64,000 bases of DNA, taken from the NCBI RefSeq assembly GCF_016433145.1, contig NC_058131.1:631995373-632059372 (forward strand), in the 5' to 3' direction. The notes under the pieces were generated by a model. It was given only the letters and a program-made list of their open reading frames with translations. It was not told the origin of the DNA and searched no databases. This stretch comes from Gracilinanus agilis. Its lineage: Eukaryota. Each line of letters opens with the position of its first letter. Positions within the stretch are counted from its first letter, which is position 1. Below, piece after piece: positions 27,150-40,250 of this stretch. The position numbers were made by a program, and so were the translations under genes.

Positions 27150-27330
27150 TTTTAAACACTCACTTTCTGTCTTAGAGTACATACTAAATAAGGGTAAAGC
27201 CTAGGCAGTTGGAATTAAGTGCCTTGCCCAAGGTCACACAGCTAGGAAGTGTCCAAGGCCATATTTGAACCCAGGATCTTTCATCTCTAGGACTAGATCA
27301 CTATCCAGTGAGCCACTTAGCTGCCCCATA
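27150..27330 (-). mobile_element. SINE1_Mdo-like SINE
   Basis: Ends GAGCCACTTAGCTGCCCC (reverse head). Confidence 0.85.
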
Positions 27331-29253
27331 AGTCATACATGGCTAAGTCTCATTGCCTTCTTCTATAAAATGGAGAAAATAATATAGAGTATCCCAAAAG
27401 TCTTAGTGTGTATTTTTACAACCTGCCTCCTCGGGTAGTTGGTTGTGAGGAGAGGATTTTAAAGGACTTAAAGCCTTAAAGCCTATGTAAATATGAGTTG
27501 TTGTTATTGCAATGTAAATAAGTTTCAAAATACACATCAGAATATCAGATCATTTCCCTGTACATTTTCATTGTGGAGTTGATTTTGTTGTTGTTGTTTT
27601 ATGAAGGGTAGATACTGTTAGAGAAACAAGAAGGCATGAGGTTCCTGAAGGAGGATGGAGAGTGGGGAAACAAACACAAATAAAGAGGTCTGGAAATACT
27701 AGATGAATGATAAGCCCTCTTTCTCTTTTAGATTGTAAGCTACTTGAAAACAGCAGAGACCTGCTTTATTTATAGAATCACAAAATTTCAAAATTGAAAG
27801 GAAAACCTCAGTTGCTATCAGTCCTATTCAAAATAGAAAAAGAATCTACACCATAAGGTATCTAGATTTAGCTAGAAGATATCTTGGACAGAAAAAGCCC
27901 ATTTCTTTTCCAGTCAGTCAGCTGGAGGAATTTTTTTTTTCTTACCTCAAGTTAAATTTGCCATTTTCTACTCATTGCTCCTAATTCAACCTCACTGGTC
28001 AAATACAAGACAAATCCTTCTTCTATTTGACAGTCTTTCCAATACATGAAAACTGATGTCATGTTTTCCCACCCTCACCTCCAGTCTTCTCTTCTTCAGG
28101 CTGTTTCACTAATTCCCTTATGAGACAATATAAAAGCCCTTCATCATTCCAGTTTCCCTCCTCTTCTAGACACTCTCCAATTTCTATGCCTGTCCTAAAA
28201 TGTTGCTCCCAAAACTGAATGAACATAATCAGTGTGTTCTAATCAGAGAAGGGTAGAGAGGGACTACCATTTCTCTGTTTTGGGGAGCTTTGCTTCTTAA
28301 CATTGCCCAAGATCAAATTAGCTTCTTTGATTGCCACATCACACTGAATGACTCATATTGGCATTGTTGTTCAGTCATGTCTGACTCTTCATGACCCCAC
28401 TTGGGGATTTCTTGGCAAAGATGTTGGAATAGTTTGCCATTTCCTTCTTCAGCTCATTTTACAGATGAAGAAGTGGAGGCAAACAAGGTTAAGTGAATTG
28501 CCCCAGGTCACACAGCTAGTAAGCGTCTGAGGCCATATTTGAACTCCAGTCCTTCTAACTCTAAAACAGGTACTCTATCCTCTAATCTAACTGCCCCTAT
28601 TAAGATTACGGTCTACAAAAACCCAGGGATGTTTTTCAGGAAGAAAAAAAAACCAAAAACTTGCTTTCTAACTATATTTGTTCCATTTTGTATTTGAAGT
28701 CATTTTCTAATCTTTGTTAACTCTTCACAATTTTTCCTATTAGATTTCATCATATTAGATATGGCTTCAAAATTCTAGCTTCTTATCCCAATCTTTTTAG
28801 ATACTGACTCTGTCATCCTTGTTAGTTATCCTTATTAACTTTGTACCATCTGCAAATTTCATAATGATGCATCCTATAAAAATTGATAAAAAATGTTAAA
28901 CAGTACCAGGTCAACCATATATCCCTGAAGCACTACACTACAGACATTCTAAGACATACCTATTGACTCATTAGAAATTATTCATTAAGTGCATCCATTC
29001 AACCAATACCAAATAGATCTAATTGTTCTATCATCTAGTTCCCATTTCTCCATCTTGTAAACAAGAATAGCATGAGGTACTTCATTAAATACTTTGCAAA
29101 AGTCTAGTTCTCTGGAGCATGCAGTTTAATAACCAGTCTTAAAAGGAAATAAGGTTACTTTGCCATGATTTGATCAGGATAAACTTAGGTAAAATTGCCC
29201 CCTCCTTTTCAAGATATCCATATCCATCTTTCTAAGGATATTCTACAATGTTC

Positions 29254-29900
29254 TGTGAAAGGGAATTTTTTATTCCCTTTGTCTATTTTAAATTAATCAA
29301 TCAGGAACTTGGAGTACCCCTACTTAACACTTAGTAAGTCACTAACCAAGAGAGTTCACACTTAGTCATTAACACTCAGTCCTAAAAGACCACAAGCACT
29401 GCCCAGGGATTGAGAGACTTTGATTGGTTCCTGAGATGTGATAGACCAGCCCACAGTGAAAGGAAGGAGAAACCAGAGAGAGAAAGTGATGTGAAGAAAA
29501 CTGCTTATAAAAAGCTAGCTGAGGGCATTCTGATTCATTTCTGCTGCCTTGGACTTCTGCATTGGAGATTGATTCTGTGCTGGTAAGACTCTTGCTGAAG
29601 AGACTACCATGACTCCTGGTTGGAGATTGGGACCTGAGGAAGCCTTTGTTGGAGTCGAGTTGGATTTCTTCAGATTGGCAATTATAGGGTATTTAGCTAG
29701 GCAATATTTTCTACCTCCTTCCTACATTTCCATCTTTACTATCTCTACCCTGCTGTAATAAAGCTACTAAAGCTACTAACAGACTCATATTTTGATTTTT
29801 AATTTTTATAAACGTGACTACAATAATTCTTTTTTTAACTCATAAATTTAGTCAAACCATTTTTAACCATTATTACATTTGGCCACCTAATTTTAACACA
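29254..29900 (+). mobile_element. Solo ERV LTR inside CR1
   Basis: TG...CA ends, TATAAAA at ~29506, AATAAA at ~29757, imperfect TSD (ATGTTC/TAGTTC). Confidence 0.65.
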
Positions 29901-30449
29901 TAGTTCCTAAGTATCAAAATCAACTCGATGGTCTAGAGTCTAAAGATTCCATTCTATTTCCCTTTACTGACAACATTCAGTCCTTTCAGTAAGTGAGACT
30001 GTGGTTCATCTGGGCCAGAAGACTTGAATTTATCAAGGGCAGGTAGGTGTTCTCTTATTATCTCCTCTCTTATCTTGGGTATCAACTTTCCACTAGACAT
30101 TTTTGTTATGTCCTTTTCAAGTCCAAAGATTATTTGGAAACTAAAGAAGTACTATACAATTGCTATTCTCCTTGCAGAGAAAATAGAAGGAAAATAAGGA
30201 CTTAGCAGCTCTGCCTCTTCTCCGTTGTCAGTTATCATCCTCCAATTTACTCTGCAGAAGCATTCTATCTCTTCTCTGATCCTCATCTTTTCCTCAATAT
30301 AATTTTTAAAGTTCTCTTTGTTTTCCTTAGCTTTCCTTGTCAGCCTTTGCTAATTTAGAGTTTTACTACTCCTAATGCTATATTCTTATCAGAGCCCACC
30401 ATTCTTTATTCATCCCATTATCTGCCCTCACTTCCATCTTTTGTACATT

Positions 30450-31010
30450 ATCACCTACATATATGAGGTATTCAGGGAGGACTGGTACCTCTGAGGAGAG
30501 AGAGGGCCTACTGAACACTTTTCAGGGTTGAACACCCACCTTTGGTGTTCACCTGTCACTCAACTCTCACCTTTGGCTCCAAGAGTATATAGCATGAACA
30601 GTGGCCATACTCCAGGAAAATCATCTCAGCAGACAGACTAAACTAGTTGAGGATAGCTAGCAAGCTTTAAAGCTATTGGTGAGCCAGGGGGATGCCCACC
30701 CCAAGCATGGGAAGTCTTCCCCTGGAAGAATAGGTAGATGAAAACAATTTGTTCCAATGGCCATAAATGTATCTGAAGCAGGTGCTATGAGCACTTAGAT
30801 CTTGGTCATTCATAGAAGATGCCAAAACCATGCACTGTATCCAAAGCCATCACCAGTTGTCCTAACTTTTGTTATGCCACTGGACTTTGGAAGAGAAAGT
30901 AAGACTGACCACTTTGTGCAACTCTACCTCACTTAAATCCAGTTCATGAACAAGTAAGGACATCACTCATCATGATATCATTGGTCTTCTTCAAAAATGA
31001 AGGAACAACA
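30450..31010 (+). mobile_element. RTE-derived SINE (RTESINE-like)
   Basis: 3' end CTCACTTAAATCCAGTTCA..CATTGGTCTTCTTCAAAAATGAAGGAACAAC typical of marsupial RTE-SINEs (recognition only). Confidence 0.6.
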
Positions 31011-31984
31011 TTATAATTTAAAAATCTAAATCAGTTAATGTGTTCTCTATATATCCACAATACTTTCTTCAGATGACTCCCTTAGTTCTTCATTGGGTTT
31101 TTTTTTCCCCTTAGTATCTTCAGAATTTCACTCTCGAGAACTTCCTATTCCTCCTGGGGTGGCTTCCCAAGGAGAATTATAATTGATGGGATCTTACCTA
31201 TCCTTCCTTTGAGTCCAGTGAAATCTGCTTTTCTCAAACATAGAGTTCATTTACAGATTTCCTTTCCTTTGATATTACTTTATCCCAACATTTTTACCCA
31301 GCCACGAGTTTCTCTTTATTGGCAATTGGCAACAATTGGCAAGAATCAGATCCAAAATCAATCAGTCCAAAAGCATTTATAAAATGCCTACCATGTGTCA
31401 GGAATTATGCTAGACATAGTGGATAAAAAGACAGAAAAATCAGCCTCCTCTGACTTCAAGGATCTTTTATTTATTTAGTGGTGAGAACAACACATACTTA
31501 TGTGAATAAATATAAAATAGATACAAAAGTAAATGAAAAGTAGTTTCATTGGCAAAAGGTGATGGTATGAAAAACAGCAGCTTATAAAAAGATCAGAAAA
31601 GGTTTCATGTAGGAGATGGCCCTTGAGCTGAGCTTTCCTCTCAATTGGTTTCTCTACCCATTGAAGGATGAAATCATCAACAAGTCAAAATATTAAGTAT
31701 TTTGTTTTTGGCAAAATGAGAATTCCACACTATATCTGCCTACCTGAAGGTCCTCCCTCCCCCTATTATTTTGTCATAATTCTTAGCCAGACTGATGATA
31801 TCTTTCCCAAACTCCTCATCTAGTTCTCTTTTCCATTCAAGTGATCTGTTGTAATCACAAAAATCACTTCTCTTTTTGTCTCCATTGATCTTCACCTAAA
31901 TACTCTTCACCATGAAACCACCTCTTATTTTTAGATTTCCTCACAGATTATATCTTCAACCAACACTATCTGAACTATATAGTT

Positions 31985-31986
<2 letters not shown>

Positions 31987-32025
<39 letters not shown>

Positions 32026-32040
32026 ACACACACACACACA
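31987..32040. repeat. (CA)n microsatellite, interrupted
   Basis: CA run with TA interruptions. Confidence 0.95.
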
Positions 32041-32264
32041 CCTTATCTGTTACAGAATCACAAAACTTTTGGAAGGGACCTTTTTCTTATGAACAAGTTA
32101 TATCCATCCTAGCCATAATCAAAGTCTTAGGGAAGACAAGAGCTTTGCCAGAGGATGGGGATTTTCCTAAGAGTGAGAATGACTTTGGTTTTTCCCCATG
32201 GATTAGGGATAGAATTTAAAAGGCCACTAATGTCATTTGTAGTCCTCTAAGGGAGAAAGTAGGG

Positions 32265-32730
32265 CAACAAGGTGGCACAGTAGATAGAATGTCAGTTCTG
32301 GAGTCAGGAAGACTCATTTTCCTGAGTTCAGATTTGGACTCAGACACTTACTAGCTCTGTGTGACCCTGGACAAGTCACTTAGCCCTGTTTGTCTCAGCT
32401 TCTTTATCTGTAAAATGAACTGGAAAAGGAGGAAATGGTAAACTACTCCAGTAAGAAAACCCCAAATGGGTTTGTGAAGAGTTGGACACACTGAAAACAA
32501 CCAAACACATGGTTTGAAACCATATTATGTTCATTATCTCATTTGAGCTAAACAAGAAATCTATGACATAAGGAGTGCAGGTAGTATTAACATCATTTCA
32601 TAACTCAGAAAATCCAAGCTCACAGGGGTTGTTACTGGCTCAGAGTTATACAGCTAGTCAGTTGTAAAGGCAGGATACAGACTACACCTTCTGGTTCAAC
32701 ATTCTTTTCTGTACTCTGCACTGCCTCATG
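32265..32730. mobile_element. MAR1 (+) and MIR (-)
   Basis: CORE and RTE tail; reverse MIR. Confidence 0.75.
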
Positions 32731-34034
32731 ATGCCCATTGGTTCTGACCAGGTTACAGTTGGTGGGAAACTAAATTTGGACACAGCATATCAACATACAT
32801 GAGTCACAATTGTTTTTTTAGTAACCAGAGAATATCCATCGAAGATCATCAAATTATTAGACTATACCTGTGTAAACATTGATAATTTGATTTTATTATT
32901 GATAATCTAGTCATTAGCATTTAACTCAGCCAACCAAAAAAGTACCTAAAAAAAATCCAGTGATTAGTCTTGGTCTCTAAAGATTGTGGGCAGGCTTTAT
33001 TTTTTGCTTTTTAAAATGCAGATAACACCATTTAAGTTGGAAAATTGACCATTATTAGGGTAATAGCTATCATTACAATAACTAATTTGGTGGAGAATAA
33101 AGCATCTGTTCCAGGACAAAGACTAATCCACTAACAAAAATATTTGACATTAGCTGGTTTGGGGTCTATGTATAAAGTGAAAACAGTTAAGTATAAGTGA
33201 ATATAATTTAAATAAGGGAAAGGAATGATTTTTAAAAGAATCTTAAACTATCTTTAAAGTATCTATGAACTGTCATCAAACTAAATGTCTCAAAGGGATC
33301 ACCTAATAGAAAATCAATATAACTACATGTCTAGGGCCACTTAGTCTTATGATAGTCTTATTTAGGAAAAATATTTCTTCATGCCTACTTTTGGAGAACA
33401 TAACAAAGGTGGATGATCAGATGACTTTCAGAGCTCTCAGAGTCTGATCTCTCCAAACCCATTTCTCACTGGTCCTTAATACTGTAACTACAGTTAGGTT
33501 GGGCTCTTTCCTGTCCCCTGAACACAATGTACACTCAGTGCTTAGCATATTGTCTGGCACATAATATTCACTTAATAAATGTTTACTGACTGACTGACTG
33601 CCCTGGATAAAAGCTAAGCCTTTGTTCATTAAGTTTCCTTACCTACAGTGTTAGGTATATCCCCCTGTATCCTATCCAAATTCTCTTTATGCCTTACAGA
33701 ATTATCTGAAGTGCTTTATTACTACCCCTACCATCCATCTTGACACCTAACTACATAAAAGTCTTTTATGCTTCTTATTTCCCCTCCACGCTCATCACTG
33801 GACCAGGCACATAGTAGGAGTTTAATCAATTTTTCCAACTTTTTTACTTTTCCAACATTTACTTGTTGAATGGATGAATGGAAAAAGACAGATGAAAAAA
33901 TATTTAAAATGTATAAAATTCAAAGATCAAGCGGTGCTTGAATGAAGAGATAATGAGAAGGCATTCCTAACCTAACCCTTGGTGGAGCTGGGATGTCCAT
34001 GGATGTTACATTTTGCACGTTTTCATCCCCAACC

Positions 34035-34240
34035 CTCCCCCCTTTTTTTTTAACTTTTACTTTCTGTCTTAGAATCAATACTATGTACTGGTTCCAAGGC
34101 AGAAGAATAGTAAGGGCTAGGCAATGGGGGTTAAGTGACCAGGGTCACACAACTAGGAAGTATTTGAGATCAGATTTGAACCCAGGACCTCCTGTCTCTG
34201 GGCCAGACTCTCAATCCACTAAAATAGCTAGTTGTCCCCC
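34035..34240 (-). mobile_element. SINE1_Mdo-like SINE
   Basis: Reverse body with T-tract at the left. Confidence 0.85.
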
Positions 34241-37200
34241 TCTCACTTCAAAATAAAACAAAACAAAACAAAACACCATATGCCAAATGAGCTGGCTCTG
34301 GAGAGAAGGAAAGGGAGGGATACACGGGATGATTATGATAAGAATCTGAAAACATCCATAAAAATTTATTTTTTAAAATGCATATAATTCAACTGAATGG
34401 GGTGTGGGAAAGCATTCTTAGTTATAAAACTGATCAACAAGAAAAGGGAAAATTTCTCTTTCCCCTCAGAAGTAATTGGGTATGATTCAAATAATAGCTT
34501 TCCAACCAGCCCATGGCCCTATTTCAGTCCTTTTCTTGTTTTAAATTTCATTTAAATTTTAAATTTCATTCACAAACTATTTGGGTAGGACTTGCAGATG
34601 AATAGCTGTTTTTACTTCTCTTTGTATCCACAACAATGAGCATTGTACAGGTATGTAATAAGCTCTTAATAATGTTGGCTGACTAACTTACTGGCAGGTT
34701 CCTTTATGTACAACTCTTACCATTTCACTCCTCTGACTCAAAATCCCACCTGTCAAATAAAGTACCAAGCCCTTAGCCTGATAGTCAAGACTCTCCACAG
34801 TTTAGTACCTTTGAATGCAATTCAAGTCAACAAATATTTATAGATGGCCTGCTGTGTGCAAGGTCCAGGGCTGGGAAAAGTAAGGTGAAAAACAAGATCC
34901 CTACCTTGCAGGTCTTTACAAATCTTCCCACATACTATTCCTTTCATGGACTCTAAACTCCATCCAGACCCTTCCTATACTGTCTCACTTTCATGGCTTT
35001 GGTTATCAAACTTAGAAAAAGAAAGCATAGTGTAGTGGCTAGAAAGCTGGCCTTGGAGTCAGGAAAACCTGGCTAGCTTCAACCTGCCTTGGTACCCTCT
35101 GGTCTATGCGACTGGGCAAATCATTTAATTGCTCAGTGCTCTAGGCAGCTCTTCTTGTAGTCCTGTAAATTATAGAGAAAGTCTTGACTGGCATAAAAGG
35201 GAAATTTCCTCTTCCAGGAGTTCCTTAGATATATGAAATGGTAGACCCAATCCCTATCTCTGCATTTTGAATGCTCATCTTTCAAACTTTGCTTTTTAAA
35301 ATTCTATCCATCTTTCAAGGTTCTTCCTTGAAGAAGGCTTTGATTTCAATATTCAAAAATAACCTCTTCCTTCTCAAAATGCTCACAGTCCTTTGCACCT
35401 CTCTGATATGTTCTCTTGGTTATTTATTTGTCTTATTTCCATTTCTATAAGCTCCATGAGTACAAAGGCCCTATCTATATAATTTGTAAAATAAGAGAAT
35501 TATAATCATTTAACAACCACCTTTTACTATATGGAAAAGAAAAGAAAGGTCATTTTTTTTAGGGAGTCAATTTGAACCGATGGCACTAATCTGGCCCAAC
35601 CCAGTTTAATTTTTCCTCATTTAGCTTAATTCTTTCAACAAGCATTTAAGCACTTGCTTGACAGCACAGGACCTAGAACACACACAATAAATGTGCCTAA
35701 TAAATGTATTTTTATAATAATGGGTAGAAGTAAAATGCAAGTGGAAAAACACAAAAATCTTACCCCTAAACCTTTTAAAAATCTTATGTTCCATATAGAC
35801 AATTCCTATCCCAGGTACTATTGCAATTAGCACCAAGTTACTTTCAGCAAATTCATCTACAGTCCACAGAAATAGCAAACAGCTTTGCTGCCCTGGGGAC
35901 ACTTGGAATACATACCCTGACAAACAGCATCACTGTTGCTCTCTGGACACAGGCCAAGCTTCCTCATTCTCAAGGGTTGACCTCATGTTTTTAAAGAGCC
36001 TTAAGACGCCAGAGGTCTGATGAATTGCCACTCACCGGTCAGTTCTGTTGCCAGGAGAGGAAATTGCACTGGCTAGGAGGTGGGGTGGGGAGGGGGGGTG
36101 GCTCCTTGAATGAATCCAGGCCTGATGTGGAGGTGGAAGGACAAAAGTACAAGCTCCTTCACTCACCCACCATTCCATAGAACTGCCCATAGAACTACAG
36201 TCTCAATGTCTAAGGATAGCTTGGTAATGATCCCTTAAAAAAAAACAACAACTTAGTGAAACTCTATAGCTTCTAAAATAAATGCTGCATCAGGCCAATG
36301 TCCAGGATCTAAATCTTTCTGTCCTTTGTCAGGAAAAGAGAGACTCTCAGAGTAACTTAAACCATCCTACTCTTTCAGTTTATTAAAATCCAAACTCCAG
36401 GATGATGGAATAGAAGCCAGACCAGGGCCAATCTGAGATCCTATTAATAGCTCTAAGGTTAAGCCTAGCACTTAAGTGAAAGTTATGATGGGCTCCTACT
36501 GATGACAGTTATTCATTAGGACAACAATAATAAATGTTTCATTAAATAAAAGTTTGTTAGTTTATTACTCATTAGGCAAACATGTTTGGTTTTCAAATGT
36601 CAAAAATCATTAACCACAACTAGGCTGCTTAACCTAGAAAGTGATTGAAAATAGAAGCTACATAATTACTGGCATTCTTGAAAATCCTCCTACCAGTCAC
36701 TTGCTTTGTGATGTCATTGCTAAGGCTTGCCAGTTTGTTAAGCCAGGTCTCAGGTAACAATCACAGAATCATGGAACATTAGAGCTGGAAAGGGCCTGAG
36801 AGTTCAAGGAGTCCAACTCCTTAATGAAGAAACAAGCCCAGAAAAGTGGCAAAACTTTCCCAAGATCCCATAGCTGCTTGGTGATAGAGCCTCTTTGGTT
36901 AGTTTTCTGCTCTCAGTTCAGTGCTCTTTTCACTTCAACACACTACTTCCTTTATTAATGCAACTTATTTGCTTGTTTCTTCAACTCAGGATGGAAACTT
37001 TTCAGTCTGAACAACCTAAGAAATCAAAGTGGAGAGCTTCTGTTACTTTATTCTTTTTGTTTTGTTTTGTTAATTACTTCTACCCTTTGGTCTGGTGGAT
37101 CAATTCAGTAGACAGGAGATCAGAAATTGGAGTTGGCTTTAAAAAAACTTTAAAAAATTTTTTTAAAGTTTCCCCCCAAGATAGAGCTGCTCTCAGGGAA

Positions 37201-37458
37201 AAAAAGGCACATAGTTCTAACCTTTGAATGCATCCAGGCACTAGGACTGATGACCAGAATGGAATTTTCTAGCTATAAATAACAATCCTCATACCAGTTT
37301 TAAGTGTTAGCATTGTAGTGTCGAGGTCACAGAATTCAGTGCCAACAAATCTCCATCTCTACTCAATTCTGCTACAGGTTTGGCTTATTTTCATTTCTTT
37401 AGAGGGGGAAGGAAAAAAAGAAAATGCATCAATTATTCCTCTTTTAAAAGAATGAGAG

Positions 37459-37655
37459 GGGCATCTAGCTGGCTCAGTGGATTGAGAGCCAGGCTCAGAG
37501 TCAGAAGGTCCTGGGTTCAAATCTAGCCTCAGACACATCCTAGCTTTGTGACCCTGGGCAAGTCACTTGAACCCCATTGCCTAGCCCTTACCGTTCTTCT
37601 GCTTTAGAACCAATACAAAGTATTGATTCTAAGATGGAAGGTAAGGGTTTAAAAA
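37459..37655 (+). mobile_element. SINE1_Mdo-like SINE
   Basis: Near-TSD AAAAGAATGAGA / AAAAGAATAAGA. Confidence 0.88.
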
Positions 37656-38589
37656 TAAAATAAAAAGAATAAGAGATTAACTTTTAAATGAAGTTCCAAT
37701 ATAAACTTTAAAATGGTCATTGAAGTTCTGATACTTTCAGGATTTAAACATCCTTCTCCTTTTTAATGTGTGAAAGTAAGGGAGATGATGATGAAAGATG
37801 TCCACTCAAGTCACAAGCTAGTTGTCCAAAGCTAATTGTCCAAAATACTAGCATGTATGTAATGACCCTGAGTGGGGAGAGATGAAAGATTCAAAACTTA
37901 GGTCAACTACTAGCTGAATGGGAGAACCTTGGGCAAGTTACCTCCCCTCCATGGATCTTAGTTTCTGCATCTGTAAAATGAGAGAAATGGGCTCATTTAT
38001 CAAGAACTTTGGCCTAAATAGCCTTGCTTTAGAGATGAGGAGAGGGAGGGTGAGAAAAATGAAAGAAGTGTAAGAAACAAACAAATCTCTTTTTGAAACC
38101 CTTCCTAGAATCTAGGGCCCTTTTCACTGTCCCCAAACTGGCCAGCATCTGTCAGATCATTCAGGGCCCTTCTAGACATGAAACGCTTTGATTTTGAAAC
38201 TAGTCTTGGCCCTGGACACCCTGCAACAATTCAGCGTTCCAAGAACACGCTGGGAGGATTGGGGAATTTTAAAGGAGGACCAGTAGTAAGATGCCCGCGG
38301 GGACTGATTCCCTAGGCGGAGGGGTTGGAGGAGCTATTTCACCGGGAACGAATCCATAATACTGAGTAATTCTAGAGACTTTTTTCGTCCATAGATCTTC
38401 GCATTTGGTCAGCTCCGCGTTACCTGTCAACTGTCCCATTTGCAAGGGAATTATTTTTCCTATTTCCTTCCTCGTTTGAGTGAAAACTGGGGCACTTCTT
38501 AAACCTCCGATTAAAACGCTCTTCCCCATCTCTCCTCCCGCTCCACCCCCCCCCTTCCAACTAGGGATTCCAAAGATCTTATATTAGCA

Positions 38590-40250
38590 GGTGTGTGTGT
38601 GTGTATGTGTCCGCGCGCGCGAGGAAGTAGGCCCCTGCCTTTTCGCGGACGCGGACTACAGCTAGACTGTCCAGTGCAGGCTACCGGAGATAGGAAAGAC
38701 GGAAGGCCTCTTCACCTGCTCCCAAAGTCCTGAGCCCCGCGCTAGGAGAAGGCGGGACTCGAGATCGTTGCACCGCCCACCACCCTTTCCCTCCTTCTCC
38801 TCCGCACTCGCAACCCCTCCTTCTCCCAAGCATCTGCGAAGAGAGAACAACCCCTTCCACGGAATCGACCAATCCGCGTCCGGAGCGGCGGCCCTGGCGT
38901 AGGGGGGAGTCCTGGCTTCCATCCAATTAGCTCCAGCCCTGGGGCTGGACCTTCCCCCCCCCTCCGAATCCCTAGAATGAAACCATACCCACAGCTGCCC
39001 CAGAGCTGGGCGGCCGCGGCTGCACGTGGGGCGTGGAGGCTGTGCGACGGGAGGCGAGCCAAGGCGACCCTCCCCCTCCCCCGGCTCTCGATCCACCTCC
39101 TCGCAGCCGTCCTGGAGCCCCAGCTGCAAAAAAGCGAGCGGGAGCAGCCCCAGAGACGCTGGCGAACTTGTTTGGGGCGGGGGAACGCGAAGGGGGCGGG
39201 GAAGGGACGACGACGACGAGGAGGAGGAGGAGGAAGAAGAAGGGGGATGGTGGGTGGGCGATAAAATCTGCGGAGCCTGCCCCACCCCCTTCTCTGGCTC
39301 AGCTTGGCCCCCTCTGCCCCGCTCCGGGGCTGAGAGAGCGGGCTGCGCGGGGAGAAGTGCGCGCAGTCCCTGATGGAGGCTTTCCAGGCGGTGGCCAGCA
39401 AGCTCCCGCCGCCGCACCATCATCACCCCCACCAGCGCCAGCACCCCCCGCCCATGGCCTTTTTGCAAAGCGCTCGCTACGTGACTGCTAAGAGCCATCA
39501 TCCCCACGGATCCGGGAGCGCCTTCAACTCGTGGAACGACTACCTGGGGCTTGCCACGCTTATCACCAAGGCGGTGGGCGAAGAGAAGGGCTTCGGCGGG
39601 GACCCCGCCTCCCCATCCTCCTCGTCGTCGTCGTCCTGCTGCTCGCCCCATGCTGGGGCCGCCGGAGGAGGGATGGTGGTGGCGGCGGCGGCGCTGGGGC
39701 CGCCCGACGACGAAGAGGACGACGACGAGGAGGCGGCCACGACCCCTTATTTCGGCAGCGCTCTGGATCTACGGGACCTAGAGCTATGCGGAGGCCACCC
39801 AGCTGATAGCCTGCTGGAGGAGCGCTTCGCCGACTTCAGCCCCTTCTCGGGCGGCGCCGGGCCGGCCGCGGCAGCCGCCGCAGCGGTGCTCTTCGATTGC
39901 GCCTCGGAGCCCTTGGAGAGGGAGCGGGCGCCGGCGTGGGGAGGGGCCGCGGAGCCCCGGCTCCAGAGCGGGCCGAAACCGGCGGGGAGGCTGCTGAAGC
40001 CTGACCTGCAGGTCTGTGTGTTCTGCAGGAACAACAAGGAGGCCGTGGCACTCTACACTACCCACATTCTGAAGGGACCCGACGGGCGCGTCCTGTGCCC
40101 CGTGCTGCGGAGGTACACGTGCCCCCTATGCGGGGCCAGCGGGGACAATGCCCATACCATCAAATACTGTCCCCTTTCCAAAATGCAGGCGCATGCCACC
40201 AAACAAATAAAAAATGCCAGGAACGTCTTGGGCAAGAAGATCCGCTGAAG
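38590..40250. promoter_or_regulatory. CpG island covering NANOS1 promoter and CDS
   Basis: Abrupt switch to very high GC and dense CpG against a CpG-depleted, AT-rich background. GC boxes (GGGGCGGGG) at ~39174-39201, CCAAT at ~38868 and ~38922, and a TATA-like GATAAAA at 39260-39266. Confidence 0.9.
39373..40248 (+). CDS. NANOS1: Nanos homolog 1, single coding exon, 291 aa
   Basis: ORF begins MEAF and contains the CNOT1-interacting NIM motif FNSWNDYLGLATLITKAV (~39523-39576). It has tandem CCHC Nanos zinc fingers (CVFCRNNKE..HILK..CPVLRRYTCPLCGASGDNAHTIKYC) and ends GKKIR. It is intronless, lies in a CpG island and is convergent with EIF3A as in other mammals. Confidence 0.98.
   Translation: MEAFQAVASKLPPPHHHHPHQRQHPPPMAFLQSARYVTAKSHHPHGSGSAFNSWNDYLGLATLITKAVGEEKGFGGDPASPSSSSSSSCCSPHAGAAGGGMVVAAAALGPPDDEEDDDEEAATTPYFGSALDLRDLELCGGHPADSLLEERFADFSPFSGGAGPAAAAAAAVLFDCASEPLERERAPAWGGAAEPRLQSGPKPAGRLLKPDLQVCVFCRNNKEAVALYTTHILKGPDGRVLCPVLRRYTCPLCGASGDNAHTIKYCPLSKMQAHATKQIKNARNVLGKKIR

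Larger units (their letters stand above)
27770..31320 (-). mobile_element. Long fragmented CR1/L3 element interrupted by MAR1, an LTR and an RTE-SINE
   Basis: Reverse FAD-type RT motif (CCATCTGCAAAT at ~28846) and CR1 3' motifs at ~28200. Collinear pieces lie either side of the insertions. Confidence 0.6.

Noticed and set aside
38662-39651. 329-aa minus-strand ORF and other overlapping ORFs at the NANOS1 promoter
   Set aside because: Stop-poor GC-rich CpG island; low-complexity G/S/P/R translation with no domain.
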